DNA of 43,735 bases, taken from positions 1 to 43,735 of the IMG/VR virus record IMGVR_UViG_3300017778_002624; one strand, given 5' to 3'. Positions 8,469 to 17,598 of this stretch are shown here, in pieces; positions within the stretch are counted from its first letter, which is position 1, and every line of letters begins with the position of its first letter. Below the pieces are notes generated by a model. The model ran no database searches. It saw only the letters and a list, made by a program, of their open reading frames with translations, and had not been told where the DNA came from. Origin of the DNA: a virus. Taxonomy: Duplodnaviria > Caudoviricetes. A program made the translations under genes and the position numbers.

Positions 8469-8665
8469 CCGCCCAGTCCCTGATCCGCTGCAAGGCGACC
8501 CTTCACACGGTCGACCAGTACGGCGTCGAGCACATCGAGCGCCACGTCGCATGGACCCCCGGTCAGGCCGCCACTATGGCCTACCGGCGGGCCGTCTCGA
8601 TGCTCCGCTCCGGTGAGGCTGTCGCCTACACCACCCGCCACCACGAGGAGGTCGTCACGCCATGA
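8465..8665 (+). CDS. Hypothetical protein (66 aa)
   Basis: ATGA overlaps on both sides. Confidence 0.6.
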   Translation: MTAQSLIRCKATLHTVDQYGVEHIERHVAWTPGQAATMAYRRAVSMLRSGEAVAYTTRHHEEVVTP

Positions 8666-9153
8666 CCATCGGCAACGAGATCGAGGCCCTCGCCGCCCGA
8701 GTGGCAGAGGGGCTGGAGGATGCCGGTCAGGCCCGCCTCACCAAGGCGCACGTCAAGCGCACCTACGCCGAGGCCCTGATCCGTCAGGTCTCGGCCCGGC
8801 ACGGGGTCGCGGTTGCGGCTGTGCTGCGAAAGCACGAGGCCCGGCAGAAGCCGCACGTCGTCTCCGCTCGCGCCCAGATCGCCGCCCTCCTCTACGAGGC
8901 CGAGTACAGCTACCCGGAGATCGCGCGCCTGCTGGCGATGTCGCACCACAGTCAGGCCATGCGCGCCCGGCAGCAGCACATCGACCGGCTGGCCGGGGCC
9001 GACGTGACGGTCGACATCGAGACGGGCCGCATCGCCCAGTCGATGATCCGCAAGCACGGCCTCACCGTCCGTCAGGCCGCCGAGCGGCTCGACGTCTCGC
9101 CCCTGCGCCTGAAGGCGCGCCTGAGCACCCTGAAAGGAAAGAGCCATGACTGA
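8662..9153 (+). CDS. DnaA C-terminal-like HTH protein
   Basis: VVSARAQIAALL....YSYPEIARLL...HHS resembles DnaA domain IV; second HTH at the C-terminus. Confidence 0.65.
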   Translation: MTIGNEIEALAARVAEGLEDAGQARLTKAHVKRTYAEALIRQVSARHGVAVAAVLRKHEARQKPHVVSARAQIAALLYEAEYSYPEIARLLAMSHHSQAMRARQQHIDRLAGADVTVDIETGRIAQSMIRKHGLTVRQAAERLDVSPLRLKARLSTLKGKSHD

Positions 9154-9619
9154 GAAACTGTTGCCCTGTCCGTTTTGTGGCGTGGCCCCAACCCCCTATC
9201 GCGGCGAGGTCATCGTCACGGTTGGCTGTGACAACAACGAATGCCCAGCCCGCGAGTGCTATTGCTCGATGCCCCTCGCCTACGAAACCGAAGCCATCGC
9301 AGCATGGAACCGCCGCACCCCTGCACCAGAGGGGGAGGCGGTGGCTGCCCTTCGCGCTCTAGTCCGCGATTGCCTTGCCAACGACTTCAACGAACTGTGG
9401 GACAGCTACACCGCTGCACAGGCCACGCTCGCAGCATCCCCTGTCGTTCCGGTAGGGAGGGAGGATATTGAAGTCGTGGCCGAGTGGCTGGAAATCGCCA
9501 AGGAGACGCCGAAACCGCTGCACAGCAGCCTAAACTATGTGCCGGTATGCCCGTCAGAGATTGAGGCCATCGAACGCATCCTCGCAGCCCTTGGCACGAA
9601 GGGGGCCGATCATGACTGA
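9146..9619 (+). CDS. Lar-like (restriction alleviation family) zinc-finger protein
   Basis: LLPCPFCG..C....C...AIAAWNRR signature; AT-richer codons. Confidence 0.65.
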   Translation: MTEKLLPCPFCGVAPTPYRGEVIVTVGCDNNECPARECYCSMPLAYETEAIAAWNRRTPAPEGEAVAALRALVRDCLANDFNELWDSYTAAQATLAASPVVPVGREDIEVVAEWLEIAKETPKPLHSSLNYVPVCPSEIEAIERILAALGTKGADHD

Positions 9620-9953
9620 CATAGCCGGTCTGTGCGAGAGGCTGCGGGCCGTCAGGTCGCAAGGCATCCGCGCTGGAAAGTTTTGGAACGAAGACGGCCC
9701 CGAAGCAGCCGACACCCTTGAACGCCAAGCCGCTGAACTGGCGAACTGTCGTCAGCATTGGTCGAGTGAGTTCAAAAAACTAAGCGCGGAGAGCAAGGCG
9801 TTAGCCGATGAGCAAGCCGCTGAGATAGAGAGGCTGCGAAAAGCGGCAAAGCGTTTGCTCCGTGCGGTCGGTGCCAGCAAGGAAACCCCGAGCGACGAAA
9901 TGCTGGATGCGATATGGGCGACCGACGCCGCCCTTACAGGAGAAATGACATGA
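9612..9953 (+). CDS. Hypothetical coiled-coil protein
   Basis: ATG 9612; EAADTLERQAAE..EQAAEIERLR; AT-richer codons. Confidence 0.6.
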   Translation: MTDIAGLCERLRAVRSQGIRAGKFWNEDGPEAADTLERQAAELANCRQHWSSEFKKLSAESKALADEQAAEIERLRKAAKRLLRAVGASKETPSDEMLDAIWATDAALTGEMT

Positions 9954-10561
9954 CCGACGCCCCAGACCCCGGCTCCGATCCTCTGACCAACGCCCGATGG
10001 GAGGCGTTCTGCATCGCCTATGTCGGGAGCGGCAATGCGACGCAGGCCTATGTGACGGCTGGGTACAAGGCTGGGCCAGCCGCAGGGGTGTCGGCGCACC
10101 ACCTCCTAAAGAACCCTAATGTAGAGGCCCGCATCCATAGCCTGCGCCTATCGAAGTGGAAGTCGCTGCACATGACGGCTGACGAGCTGCTGGCCGCGAT
10201 GGCCGGGCAGGTGCGCTTCAGCATGGGCAACATCGTCCACATCACCCCCGACGGCGACCCCTACATCGACCTGTCCAAGGCCAGCCCGGACGACATGGCC
10301 TGCCTGACCGAGGTCAGCATCGAGGACTTCACCGATGGCCGCGAGGTCGACGAGGAGGGCAACACCATCAAGCGCGACGTGCGCCGGGTGAAGGTGAAGG
10401 CCCCGAACAAGATGGCGGCGGCGACGCTGCTGGCCCGGAACCTTGGGCTGTTGAGGGATCGGGTCGAGGTGACGGTGTCGGAAGACTTCGCCGAGACCAT
10501 GCAGCGCGCCGGGTTCAGGGCGCGAGAGGCCCGCGCGGCCAGAGAGGGAGACAAGGCGTGA
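9950..10561 (+). CDS. terS: Terminase small subunit
   Basis: F...Y...GNATQAY..AGY.......HLLKNP.V; K..A..LLAR.LGL. Confidence 0.85.
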   Translation: MTDAPDPGSDPLTNARWEAFCIAYVGSGNATQAYVTAGYKAGPAAGVSAHHLLKNPNVEARIHSLRLSKWKSLHMTADELLAAMAGQVRFSMGNIVHITPDGDPYIDLSKASPDDMACLTEVSIEDFTDGREVDEEGNTIKRDVRRVKVKAPNKMAAATLLARNLGLLRDRVEVTVSEDFAETMQRAGFRAREARAAREGDKA

Positions 10562-10734
10562 GCGAGATACTGGACGGCCTGCTGCGGCAGCCGGGGACCG
10601 AGGACATGAGCGGGGCGCTGGCCGCCCCTCGCCGCCCCTTCCTGTTCGCCAAGACGCGGAACGATGCCGCGACCCAGACCAGCAAGGCGGGCCGCAAGGC
10701 TGCTCCGCTGAAGAAGTTCTCTTGGGAGGACTGA
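10558..10734 (+). CDS. Hypothetical protein (58 aa, not in ORF track)
   Basis: GTGA overlap with terS; ends LKKFSWED. Confidence 0.55.
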   Translation: MSEILDGLLRQPGTEDMSGALAAPRRPFLFAKTRNDAATQTSKAGRKAAPLKKFSWED

Positions 10735-10738
10735 CCTG

Positions 10739-10915
10739 ATGGCCCGGCCCAAGCACGGCGAGGAGCGCCCCATCACCGCCGCCCAGTGCGAGCGGGCGTG
10801 GGGCATCATGAGCAGGGGCGTCAGCCTGCGCCGGGCCGCCTCCCTGATCGGCGTGGCAATGGACCGCCTCGACCGTGCCCTCTGGGCGTGGCGAGAGAGC
10901 CTCTCCCGTGGCTAG
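10739..10915 (+). CDS. Small HTH protein (58 aa, not in ORF track)
   Basis: GGAGG RBS; GVSLRRAASLIGV helix-turn-helix. Confidence 0.6.
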   Translation: MARPKHGEERPITAAQCERAWGIMSRGVSLRRAASLIGVAMDRLDRALWAWRESLSRG

Positions 10916-11318
10916 GTGGATCGACAAGCAGGCCACCAAGGCCGAGCGCGTGCAGGCCCACCGCGAGAAGCTGGTGGCCAGAGCCATGAGGCACCGCGAG
11001 GAGGCCCCTGCGAGGGCCGCCTTCGCCGCAGAGCAGGCCGAGGCAGCCAAGGAGCGAGACCGCCCAGTCCGGCGACCCTACACGCCCGGCGAGCGCCGCC
11101 TGCCAGACCTGTCGGACGACGACCTGCGCGAGGCGCTGGAGAAGGGCGACCGTGCGATCCCGAGGCACCTTGACTATCCACACCTGTTGATGCTTCGTGA
11201 GCGCGGGTTCACGCGCATGGTGTGGGCCGACACGGGCACCGGGGAGTTCGGTGTGCCGTCGTTCAGGGGTGACGTGGTCACCGAGGTCGGAGAGATATGG
11301 CTGAGACAGACAGGCTGA
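10908..11318 (+). CDS. Hypothetical protein
   Basis: GTG start overlapping the previous gene; typical codon usage. Confidence 0.6.
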   Translation: MARWIDKQATKAERVQAHREKLVARAMRHREEAPARAAFAAEQAEAAKERDRPVRRPYTPGERRLPDLSDDDLREALEKGDRAIPRHLDYPHLLMLRERGFTRMVWADTGTGEFGVPSFRGDVVTEVGEIWLRQTG

Positions 11319-11566
11319 GGCGTGCCGAGCACGTCGGGGCCGACGGCGTGAACCGGGCCGACGCCCGGCTGCGCTCGTTCGGGCCGAGAGAAGGCGACGC
11401 GGTCATGTGCCCGCGCTGCGGTGGTGGAGGGTGGATCGCCGAGCGCGCCCCCGCCTACAGCGCGCGGGTCTATGGCGGGAAGACGATGATGCTCCAGCCG
11501 GTGAAGTGCCCGGTCTGCAAGGGCGAGGGGCTGGACCCTGAATGGATAGAGGAGACGTCGACGTGA
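11297..11566 (+). CDS. Zinc-finger protein (CxxCxGxG x2)
   Basis: CPRCGGGG and CPVCKGEG. Confidence 0.7.
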   Translation: MAETDRLRRAEHVGADGVNRADARLRSFGPREGDAVMCPRCGGGGWIAERAPAYSARVYGGKTMMLQPVKCPVCKGEGLDPEWIEETST

Positions 11567-11841
11567 GCGGATTGAGCTGCCCGGCCTGCGGGGCTGTCGA
11601 GGGCATCGTCGTCAGGGACACGCGGCCCCAGCCCGGCGGCCAGCGGCGTCGACGGGTGTGCTCGTGCGGCCACCGCTTCACCACGATAGAGGTGATCGTC
11701 GACCGGCATCCGGTGATCTTGGAGCGGGTGTCGCTGCATGGCTGCCTCGACGCCATCCGCATCCGCGAGAGCGACGAGACGTTCAAGGCCCTGCTGGCCG
11801 ACCGCATCGCGGCTGCCGTCAACGACGTGCTGCGCCTGTGA
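11563..11841 (+). CDS. NrdR-N-like zinc-ribbon protein
   Basis: CPACG..VRDTR....RRRRVC.CGHRFTTIE; no ATP-cone. Confidence 0.7.
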   Translation: MSGLSCPACGAVEGIVVRDTRPQPGGQRRRRVCSCGHRFTTIEVIVDRHPVILERVSLHGCLDAIRIRESDETFKALLADRIAAAVNDVLRL

Positions 11842-12182
11842 CCCCGCTGGAGCGCCTCGGCCTAGAGGGGGCCGCCGCCAGCCTGACCGGCTCTCGCATG
11901 GCGGGGAGCCTGCTGGTCGTGCTGCTGGACGGCAGGGGGCGGCAGGTCGGTTTCGATGTCATCGCCGCCGCTCGTCGGCCCCGGTTCAGGGAGCAGCCGG
12001 TATCGAGGGCCAGCGTGCAGGTCCGCATCTGCATCCTGCGGTCTGCGCTGGCCGACCTCGGCCTGACCGACGCCATCAAGACGTGCGGGATCGACAGCCC
12101 CTCCTCGCCTGCGACAGGCTACGCCCTGCCTGAGCCGGGCCGATCTCGCGTGATGGAGCTGCTGATGGAGGAGGCGGGATGA
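11838..12182 (+). CDS. OmpR-type winged-helix protein
   Basis: VQVRICILRSAL.....IKT......GY.L. Confidence 0.55.
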   Translation: MTPLERLGLEGAAASLTGSRMAGSLLVVLLDGRGRQVGFDVIAAARRPRFREQPVSRASVQVRICILRSALADLGLTDAIKTCGIDSPSSPATGYALPEPGRSRVMELLMEEAG

Positions 12183-12406
12183 CCCTGCGCGTCCTCATCA
12201 TCGGCCCCGGTGATCCGTCCGGCCACCTCGCCCGGCTGGCCCGGTGGAACAGCGACGTCACGGTGGTGCCGGGCCGCGAGCTGAGGGGTGTGGACTTGGT
12301 GCTGCTGATGGGTGGTGGTAACGACGAGGCCGTGAGGCGCGCCAGACTGGCAGGCGTGCGCGTGGCAGAGGTGGCTGATGGCGATCCCCGGAGCGATGCT
12401 GATTGA
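12179..12406 (+). CDS. Hypothetical protein, short SLOG/DUF2493-like
   Basis: DLVLLMGGG....VRRARLAGVRVAEV. Confidence 0.5.
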   Translation: MTLRVLIIGPGDPSGHLARLARWNSDVTVVPGRELRGVDLVLLMGGGNDEAVRRARLAGVRVAEVADGDPRSDAD

Positions 12407-12668
12407 CGAGTGCGCCCGCCGCCACGCCCGGCTGGAGCGCGTCCTGCTGCTGGAGGAGATACAGGGCGGCAGTCAGGTCATCCACGATGTCGTCTGGCGG
12501 GAGGGGCCTGCCCCGTTCCCCTTCGCCACCTATCGCTATGAGCGCGAGGCTCTGCCCGAGGTCACGTTCAGGCCGCTGTTGATGCAGCCCGAGACCCTGA
12601 AGCGCCGCATCCGCCGCGTCGTGGCCGACTGGCTGGAGGCTCTGGCCGAGAAGGTGCGGCATGGCTGA
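12378..12668 (+). CDS. Hypothetical protein
   Basis: ORF bridging to terL. Confidence 0.5.
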   Translation: MAIPGAMLIDECARRHARLERVLLLEEIQGGSQVIHDVVWREGPAPFPFATYRYEREALPEVTFRPLLMQPETLKRRIRRVVADWLEALAEKVRHG

Positions 12669-14250
12669 CCGCGACGACCGGCAGTACGACCGCTACCCCG
12701 TCGCCCGGACGCCGCAGGCCCAGCGAGAGGCCTTCGCCGAGGCGCTTGTCGAGTACAGCCACGACCCCTTCGGCTTCGTCATGTGGGCCTTCCCGTGGGG
12801 CGTCGAGGGCACCGAGTTGGAGCACGAGACCGGGCCTGACGAGTGGCAGATCGAGGAGCTGGAGGCCATCGGCCAGCACCTGCGGCAGGGCGTCGACCGC
12901 CCATTCCGCTCGACCACCGCCTCCGGCCACGGGATCGGCAAGACCGCCGAGGTGTCCTTCGTGGTGTTCTGGGCTGGGATGACCGCCGTCGACACGCGGG
13001 GCGTGGTCACGGCCAACAGCGACACCCAGCTCAGGACCAAGACATGGGCCGAGCTGGGCAAATGGTGGGGCCTCCTCTGCCGCCAGCACCCCATCGCCGA
13101 GACCCTGTTTGAGCTGACCGCCACCGGCTTCAGGTCGATCTCGCGTGAGCGGACGTGGCGCATCGACGCCATCCCGAACAACCCCCGCAACCCCGCCGCC
13201 TTCGCCGGTGCCCACAACGCCGGGAAGCGGCTGGTCATCATCATCGACGAGGCGTCCGAGATCGAGGACATCATCTGGGACGTCGTCGAGGGCGCGCTGA
13301 CCGACGCCGACACCGAGATCGTCCTGCTGGTCTACGGCAACCCGACCAAGAACGTCGGGCGGTTCAAGGAGATCACGGTCGGCAGGATGCGCCACCAGTG
13401 GCGGACCAAGCAGATCGACAGCCGCACGGTGAAGCGGACCAACAAGCCGCTGCTGGAGAGCTGGGTCGACGCATGGGGCGAGGACAGCGACTTCGTCCGC
13501 ATCCGGGTGAGGGGCATCTTCCCGCGCGTCGGCTCGATGCAGCTCATCCCCGCCGATCTGGTGCAGCAGGCCCGGCAGCGGAAGTCTGCCTACATCCCGT
13601 CGGACCCCCTCGTGGCTGGCCTCGACGTGGCCCGCTTCGGCGACGACGCCTCGGTCCTGCGCGCACGCCGGGGCCGGGACGCCGCCTCGATCCCCAAGAA
13701 GGAGTGGCGCGGCGTCGACCTGATGACGCTGGCCTCGGACGTCGCGCTCTGGTGCGCCGACAACCGGCCAGACGCCCTGTTCGTGGACATCGGCGGTCTG
13801 GGGGCTGGCGTCTACGACCGGCTGATCCAGCTCAGGGTGCCCAACGTCTACCCCGTCAACTTCGGCGGCAAGGCCCGGATGGCCACCATGAACGGGGTCG
13901 AGGCTCGCGTCGCCGACCACGGGGCGGCCATGTGGGTCAACCTGCTGGCGTGGCTGCCGCTGGCCGCCCTCCCGCCTGACGACGACCAGATCGAGATCGA
14001 CCTGACCAGCCGCGAGTACGGCTTCACCGCCGACGGCGCGATCCGGCTGGAGAGCAAGAAGGACATGAAGAAGCGGGGCCTCGCCTCGCCCGATGACGCC
14101 GACGCTCTGGCCCTCACCTTCGCCATGCCGGTGCAGCCTCGATACGTCGCGTCTAGCGCGAGCGGCATTGCCGGTGTAAGGGCGGAACAGATGGCCAACG
14201 CTCTCGGCGGCGTCCAGTCTGAATACGACCCCTATGCGGAGCTGAAGTGA
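12661..14250 (+). CDS. terL: Terminase large subunit
   Basis: Walker A SGHGIGKT, Walker B IIIDEAS, GNPT, nuclease motifs GLDVARFGDD and SPDDADALALTF. Confidence 0.95.
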   Translation: MADRDDRQYDRYPVARTPQAQREAFAEALVEYSHDPFGFVMWAFPWGVEGTELEHETGPDEWQIEELEAIGQHLRQGVDRPFRSTTASGHGIGKTAEVSFVVFWAGMTAVDTRGVVTANSDTQLRTKTWAELGKWWGLLCRQHPIAETLFELTATGFRSISRERTWRIDAIPNNPRNPAAFAGAHNAGKRLVIIIDEASEIEDIIWDVVEGALTDADTEIVLLVYGNPTKNVGRFKEITVGRMRHQWRTKQIDSRTVKRTNKPLLESWVDAWGEDSDFVRIRVRGIFPRVGSMQLIPADLVQQARQRKSAYIPSDPLVAGLDVARFGDDASVLRARRGRDAASIPKKEWRGVDLMTLASDVALWCADNRPDALFVDIGGLGAGVYDRLIQLRVPNVYPVNFGGKARMATMNGVEARVADHGAAMWVNLLAWLPLAALPPDDDQIEIDLTSREYGFTADGAIRLESKKDMKKRGLASPDDADALALTFAMPVQPRYVASSASGIAGVRAEQMANALGGVQSEYDPYAELK

Positions 14251-14435
14251 TGTGTGGCGCTTACGGTGCGGCCAGCAAAATGGCCGGAGGCTTCAGTCCG
14301 ATGCACGCCCTGCTGGACCGCAACAAGAAGGGCACCCCCGCCAGCCGTGGCGCAGCGAACGCTGCTGCCGCCGCCGCGCCGGTGGCTGCCCTGACGCCGG
14401 GCGCGGCCCCGATGCAGCCGAGGGTCCGGTTCTGA
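14250..14435 (+). CDS. Small putative virion protein (Met-Cys start)
   Basis: TGATG overlaps on both sides; MCGAYG... Confidence 0.55.
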   Translation: MCGAYGAASKMAGGFSPMHALLDRNKKGTPASRGAANAAAAAAPVAALTPGAAPMQPRVRF

Positions 14436-14623
14436 TGTGCGGCCCGAAGCCTCCAGCCCCGGTCGCCCCGCGTCAGGCCCCCCGTGCGCCCGACGCAGGG
14501 TCGGTCGCCGACCGCTCGCAGGCAGCCCTGCTGCGGCGGCAGACGATGTCGGGCATGGTCTTCACCGACCAGAACCGGCTCGGTGCTCCGATGACCGCCG
14601 GGAAGCCGGTACTGGGGGCCTGA
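14435..14623 (+). CDS. Small pre-portal virion protein (T7 gp7.3-like position)
   Basis: MCGPKPPAP..RRQTMSG..GKPVLGA; immediately before the portal. Confidence 0.65.
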   Translation: MCGPKPPAPVAPRQAPRAPDAGSVADRSQAALLRRQTMSGMVFTDQNRLGAPMTAGKPVLGA

Positions 14624-14624
14624 A

Positions 14625-16364
14625 GTGAATATCTCGGAAGGTGATCTGCGAGCGCACGCCGACAAGCGGATCACCGCTCTGGGCGCGCAGCGGCGCGAGT
14701 GGGAGCCGGGGGCCGAGGAGGTCGCCCGCTTCACCCTGCGCTGGCTCTCGCCGTACATCCGCAACATGGGGTCGAACCGGAACGTCCGGCAGCAGACGGT
14801 GGACGGCCACACCTACAGCGGCGGGCAGGCCAACAACCGGCTGTTCAACAGCACGGCCAGCCGCGCCCACCGCACTCTGTCGGCTGGTATGTCGTCAGGG
14901 ATGTCCTCACCCTCGCAGCCGTGGTTCAAGCTGAAGTTCGCCGACAGCGAGCGCGGCGCGGCCCATGCGGTGAAGGTGTGGACCGACGACGTCCAGACCC
15001 TGCTCTACGCCTTCCTCGCCCAGACCAACGTCTATCAGGCCATGCAGTCCAGCTACCGCGAGCTGGGCATCTTCGGCGTGTCGTCGATCCTCTGGGTGCC
15101 TCACTGGCAGTACGGGGCCGTGGCCTACGCCCAGACCTTCGGCGAATACTGGCTGGGGCAGGACGACGGCCTGCGCGTCGACACCATGATCCGCGACACG
15201 ACCATGTCTGCCGGGCAGATGGCCGAGCGGTTCGCCGAGGACAAGCTGTCGAGGACGGTCAAGAACCTGCTGGCCGACAAGAAGTTCGACGCTCAGGTCG
15301 AGGTGCGCCACATCATCGAGCCGAACAGGGACCGCGCCTTCGGGAAGCTCGACAAGACCAACATGGCCTACCGCTCCTACTACATCGAGCAGGGGTCGGA
15401 CGAGAAGAAGGTGCTGGAGGTCGGCGGCTTCAAGCGCAAGCCGATGTCCACCCCCCGGTGGGAGAGCATGGGCACGTCCGCCTACTCGGTCGGCCCCGGC
15501 TTCGACGCCCTGCCGGAGAGCCGCAAGGTCCAGCTTCAGGAAATCCGCTACCAGCAGGCGCAGGACTACACCGTGCGCCCGTCGCTGGAGATGGCCGTGG
15601 CCAACCGCAACAGCGGTGCCAACCTGATCCCCGGTGGGATCACATGGTCGGCCTCCCAAGACCTCGCCGGTCAGGGGGCCAAGCCGATCTGGCAGATCAA
15701 CGCGTCGGCCCTCCCTGCCCTCTCGCAGGACATCAGCCAGCGCACCGAGCCTGCGATCCTAGACGCCTTCTACGCCAACCTGTTCATGGCGATCACCAAC
15801 ATGAGGGGCGTCCAGCCCCGCAACGTCGAGGAGATCGCCCGCCGCAACGAGGAGCAGCTCGCCCAGCTCGGGCCGGTCGTCGACCGGGTGCAGGTCGAGA
15901 AGCTGGCCGTCATCGTCCTTCAGGCCTTCGAGATGCTGTCCGACGCCGGGAAGCTGCCGCCGGTGCCGGAGGAGATCAACGGGGCAGAGCTGTCCATCGA
16001 GTTCATCTCGGTGCTCGCTCAGGCCCAGCGCATGATCGGCCTCGGCTCGATGGAGCGGGCCGTCGGCTTCGTGGGCAACATCGCGGGCGTCTACCCGGCG
16101 ATCCTCGATGTGCCGGACTTCGAGGGCATCGTGGCCGACTACACCTCGCGCCTCGGCATCCCGGCCAAGTCCATGCGGTCGGAGAAGGACGTCGCCGCGA
16201 TCCGCGAGCAGCGGGCCGCCGAGCAGCAGCAGGCCGCTCAGGCCGAGCAGATGGCGGCAATGGCCCCGGCCATGCAGCAGGTCGCCGCCGGTGCCGAGCT
16301 GCTGTCCAAGACTGACGCGAACGCGGGCCTCCTGCCCCGCCTCCTGCCCCCAGCGATGGTTTGA
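14625..16364 (+). CDS. Portal / head-tail connector (T7 gp8, BPP-1 type)
   Basis: L.AGM.SGM.SPSQPWF, PRW.....YS.GPG, EEI..R.EE....LGPV motifs. Confidence 0.93.
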   Translation: MNISEGDLRAHADKRITALGAQRREWEPGAEEVARFTLRWLSPYIRNMGSNRNVRQQTVDGHTYSGGQANNRLFNSTASRAHRTLSAGMSSGMSSPSQPWFKLKFADSERGAAHAVKVWTDDVQTLLYAFLAQTNVYQAMQSSYRELGIFGVSSILWVPHWQYGAVAYAQTFGEYWLGQDDGLRVDTMIRDTTMSAGQMAERFAEDKLSRTVKNLLADKKFDAQVEVRHIIEPNRDRAFGKLDKTNMAYRSYYIEQGSDEKKVLEVGGFKRKPMSTPRWESMGTSAYSVGPGFDALPESRKVQLQEIRYQQAQDYTVRPSLEMAVANRNSGANLIPGGITWSASQDLAGQGAKPIWQINASALPALSQDISQRTEPAILDAFYANLFMAITNMRGVQPRNVEEIARRNEEQLAQLGPVVDRVQVEKLAVIVLQAFEMLSDAGKLPPVPEEINGAELSIEFISVLAQAQRMIGLGSMERAVGFVGNIAGVYPAILDVPDFEGIVADYTSRLGIPAKSMRSEKDVAAIREQRAAEQQQAAQAEQMAAMAPAMQQVAAGAELLSKTDANAGLLPRLLPPAMV

Positions 16365-16759
16365 TGGCCGAAGACTACGAGTTCGATCTGGCGGCGTGGG
16401 CCGAGGCCCAGAAGTCCTACGACGAGCTGGACCCTGTCCATCAGGAGCAGGTCCGCCGAGCGGCCCTCGCCGACAAGCGGCGCATGGCCGCTCTGGGGAT
16501 GCAGGCCCAGCTCGACCTGAAGACCCTGATGCAGCTCCCCCACTTCCGCAGGTTCATGTTTACAGTGCTGGCGAAGTCCGGTATGTACCGCGCTGCCTTC
16601 CACCCGCATGAAGGCGCTCTCCAGTATTCGGAAGGGCGTCGCGGCCTTGGGATTGAGCTGCTGAACGATATGCTGCGGATCGACCCGCAGATCGCCCTCG
16701 ATATGACGAGGGAGCAAGCCAAACTCGAAACGAAGGTGAACAATGCTCCGCAGACATAA
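16364..16759 (+). CDS. Bbp19-like head-associated protein
   Basis: DLKTLM....FRRF...L..SG....F......Y.EGRR.LG; lies between portal and scaffold. Confidence 0.7.
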   Translation: MAEDYEFDLAAWAEAQKSYDELDPVHQEQVRRAALADKRRMAALGMQAQLDLKTLMQLPHFRRFMFTVLAKSGMYRAAFHPHEGALQYSEGRRGLGIELLNDMLRIDPQIALDMTREQAKLETKVNNAPQT

Positions 16760-17537
16760 CATTCTCGCACTGGCGCTCCGGCAGCCCTTCTTCGCGCCCG
16801 ACGGCGCGGAGGGCGGTGCTGGCGCGGCAGTCGCTGACGCCGCTGCCCCCGCCACGACTGGCGTTGGGGCCGGTGCTGAAACTCCCGCCGTGGCCGCTGA
16901 CGCGGACGCCGGTGGGTCCATCCTTGGTGACGCCGCCTCTCCGGGTGACGGCGTCGCTCGGGCCGGGGATGAGGGCGCGGCTGCTGATGCCGACGCAGCG
17001 TCGGGAGACGCCGCTGACGCGGAGGCCGCGCCCCAGCCCTACGCCGACCTGACTGCACCGGAGGGCTTCGCCTCCATCGACACCGATGCGCTGGCCGCAG
17101 CCACCCCGCTGATGCGCCAGTTCGGCGTGCCGGACGACAAGGCGCAGGAGTTCATCAACGGGGCCGCCCCGATCATCAGCTCGATGGTCGAGCGCGCCGT
17201 GGCCGCCAACGCCGAGGCCGGGAAGCTGGCGCAGGCCGAGCTGGTCAAGGCGTGGGCCGACGAGGTCCGGGCCGACCCTGCACTGGGCGGTGCCAACTAC
17301 GACCGCACCGTGGCCAGCGCGGCCAAGGTGCTCGACACATTCTTCGACCCGGAGTTCAGGGAGTTCCTGACCATCACGGGGCTGGGGAATAACCCCGCCA
17401 TGATCCGGGGGGTGGCCAAGATCGCCTCCCAGATCGAGGAGGGTTCCATCCACCTCGGCGGCGCAACGCCCAAGGCGCTTGAGCCGCACCAGAAAGTCTA
17501 CGACCCCGTCTACGATGGGCCGCAGCCCACCCAGTAA
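16743..17537 (+). CDS. Capsid scaffolding protein
   Basis: Acidic Ala-rich N-half; W......DP.LGG, L..TGLGN.P.M motif; precedes the major capsid gene. Confidence 0.8.
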   Translation: MLRRHNILALALRQPFFAPDGAEGGAGAAVADAAAPATTGVGAGAETPAVAADADAGGSILGDAASPGDGVARAGDEGAAADADAASGDAADAEAAPQPYADLTAPEGFASIDTDALAAATPLMRQFGVPDDKAQEFINGAAPIISSMVERAVAANAEAGKLAQAELVKAWADEVRADPALGGANYDRTVASAAKVLDTFFDPEFREFLTITGLGNNPAMIRGVAKIASQIEEGSIHLGGATPKALEPHQKVYDPVYDGPQPTQ

Positions 17538-17552
17538 CCACCACCACCGCTG

Positions 17553-17569
17553 AACGTCGGATGACAGTG
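17553..17569 (+). promoter_or_regulatory. Late-gene upstream motif, copy 1 (AACGTCGGATGACAGTG)
   Basis: Near-identical to 41521-41538; both intergenic. Confidence 0.5.
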
Positions 17570-17598
17570 CAGCATAGCCCACAGAAGGAAACGCCCCT

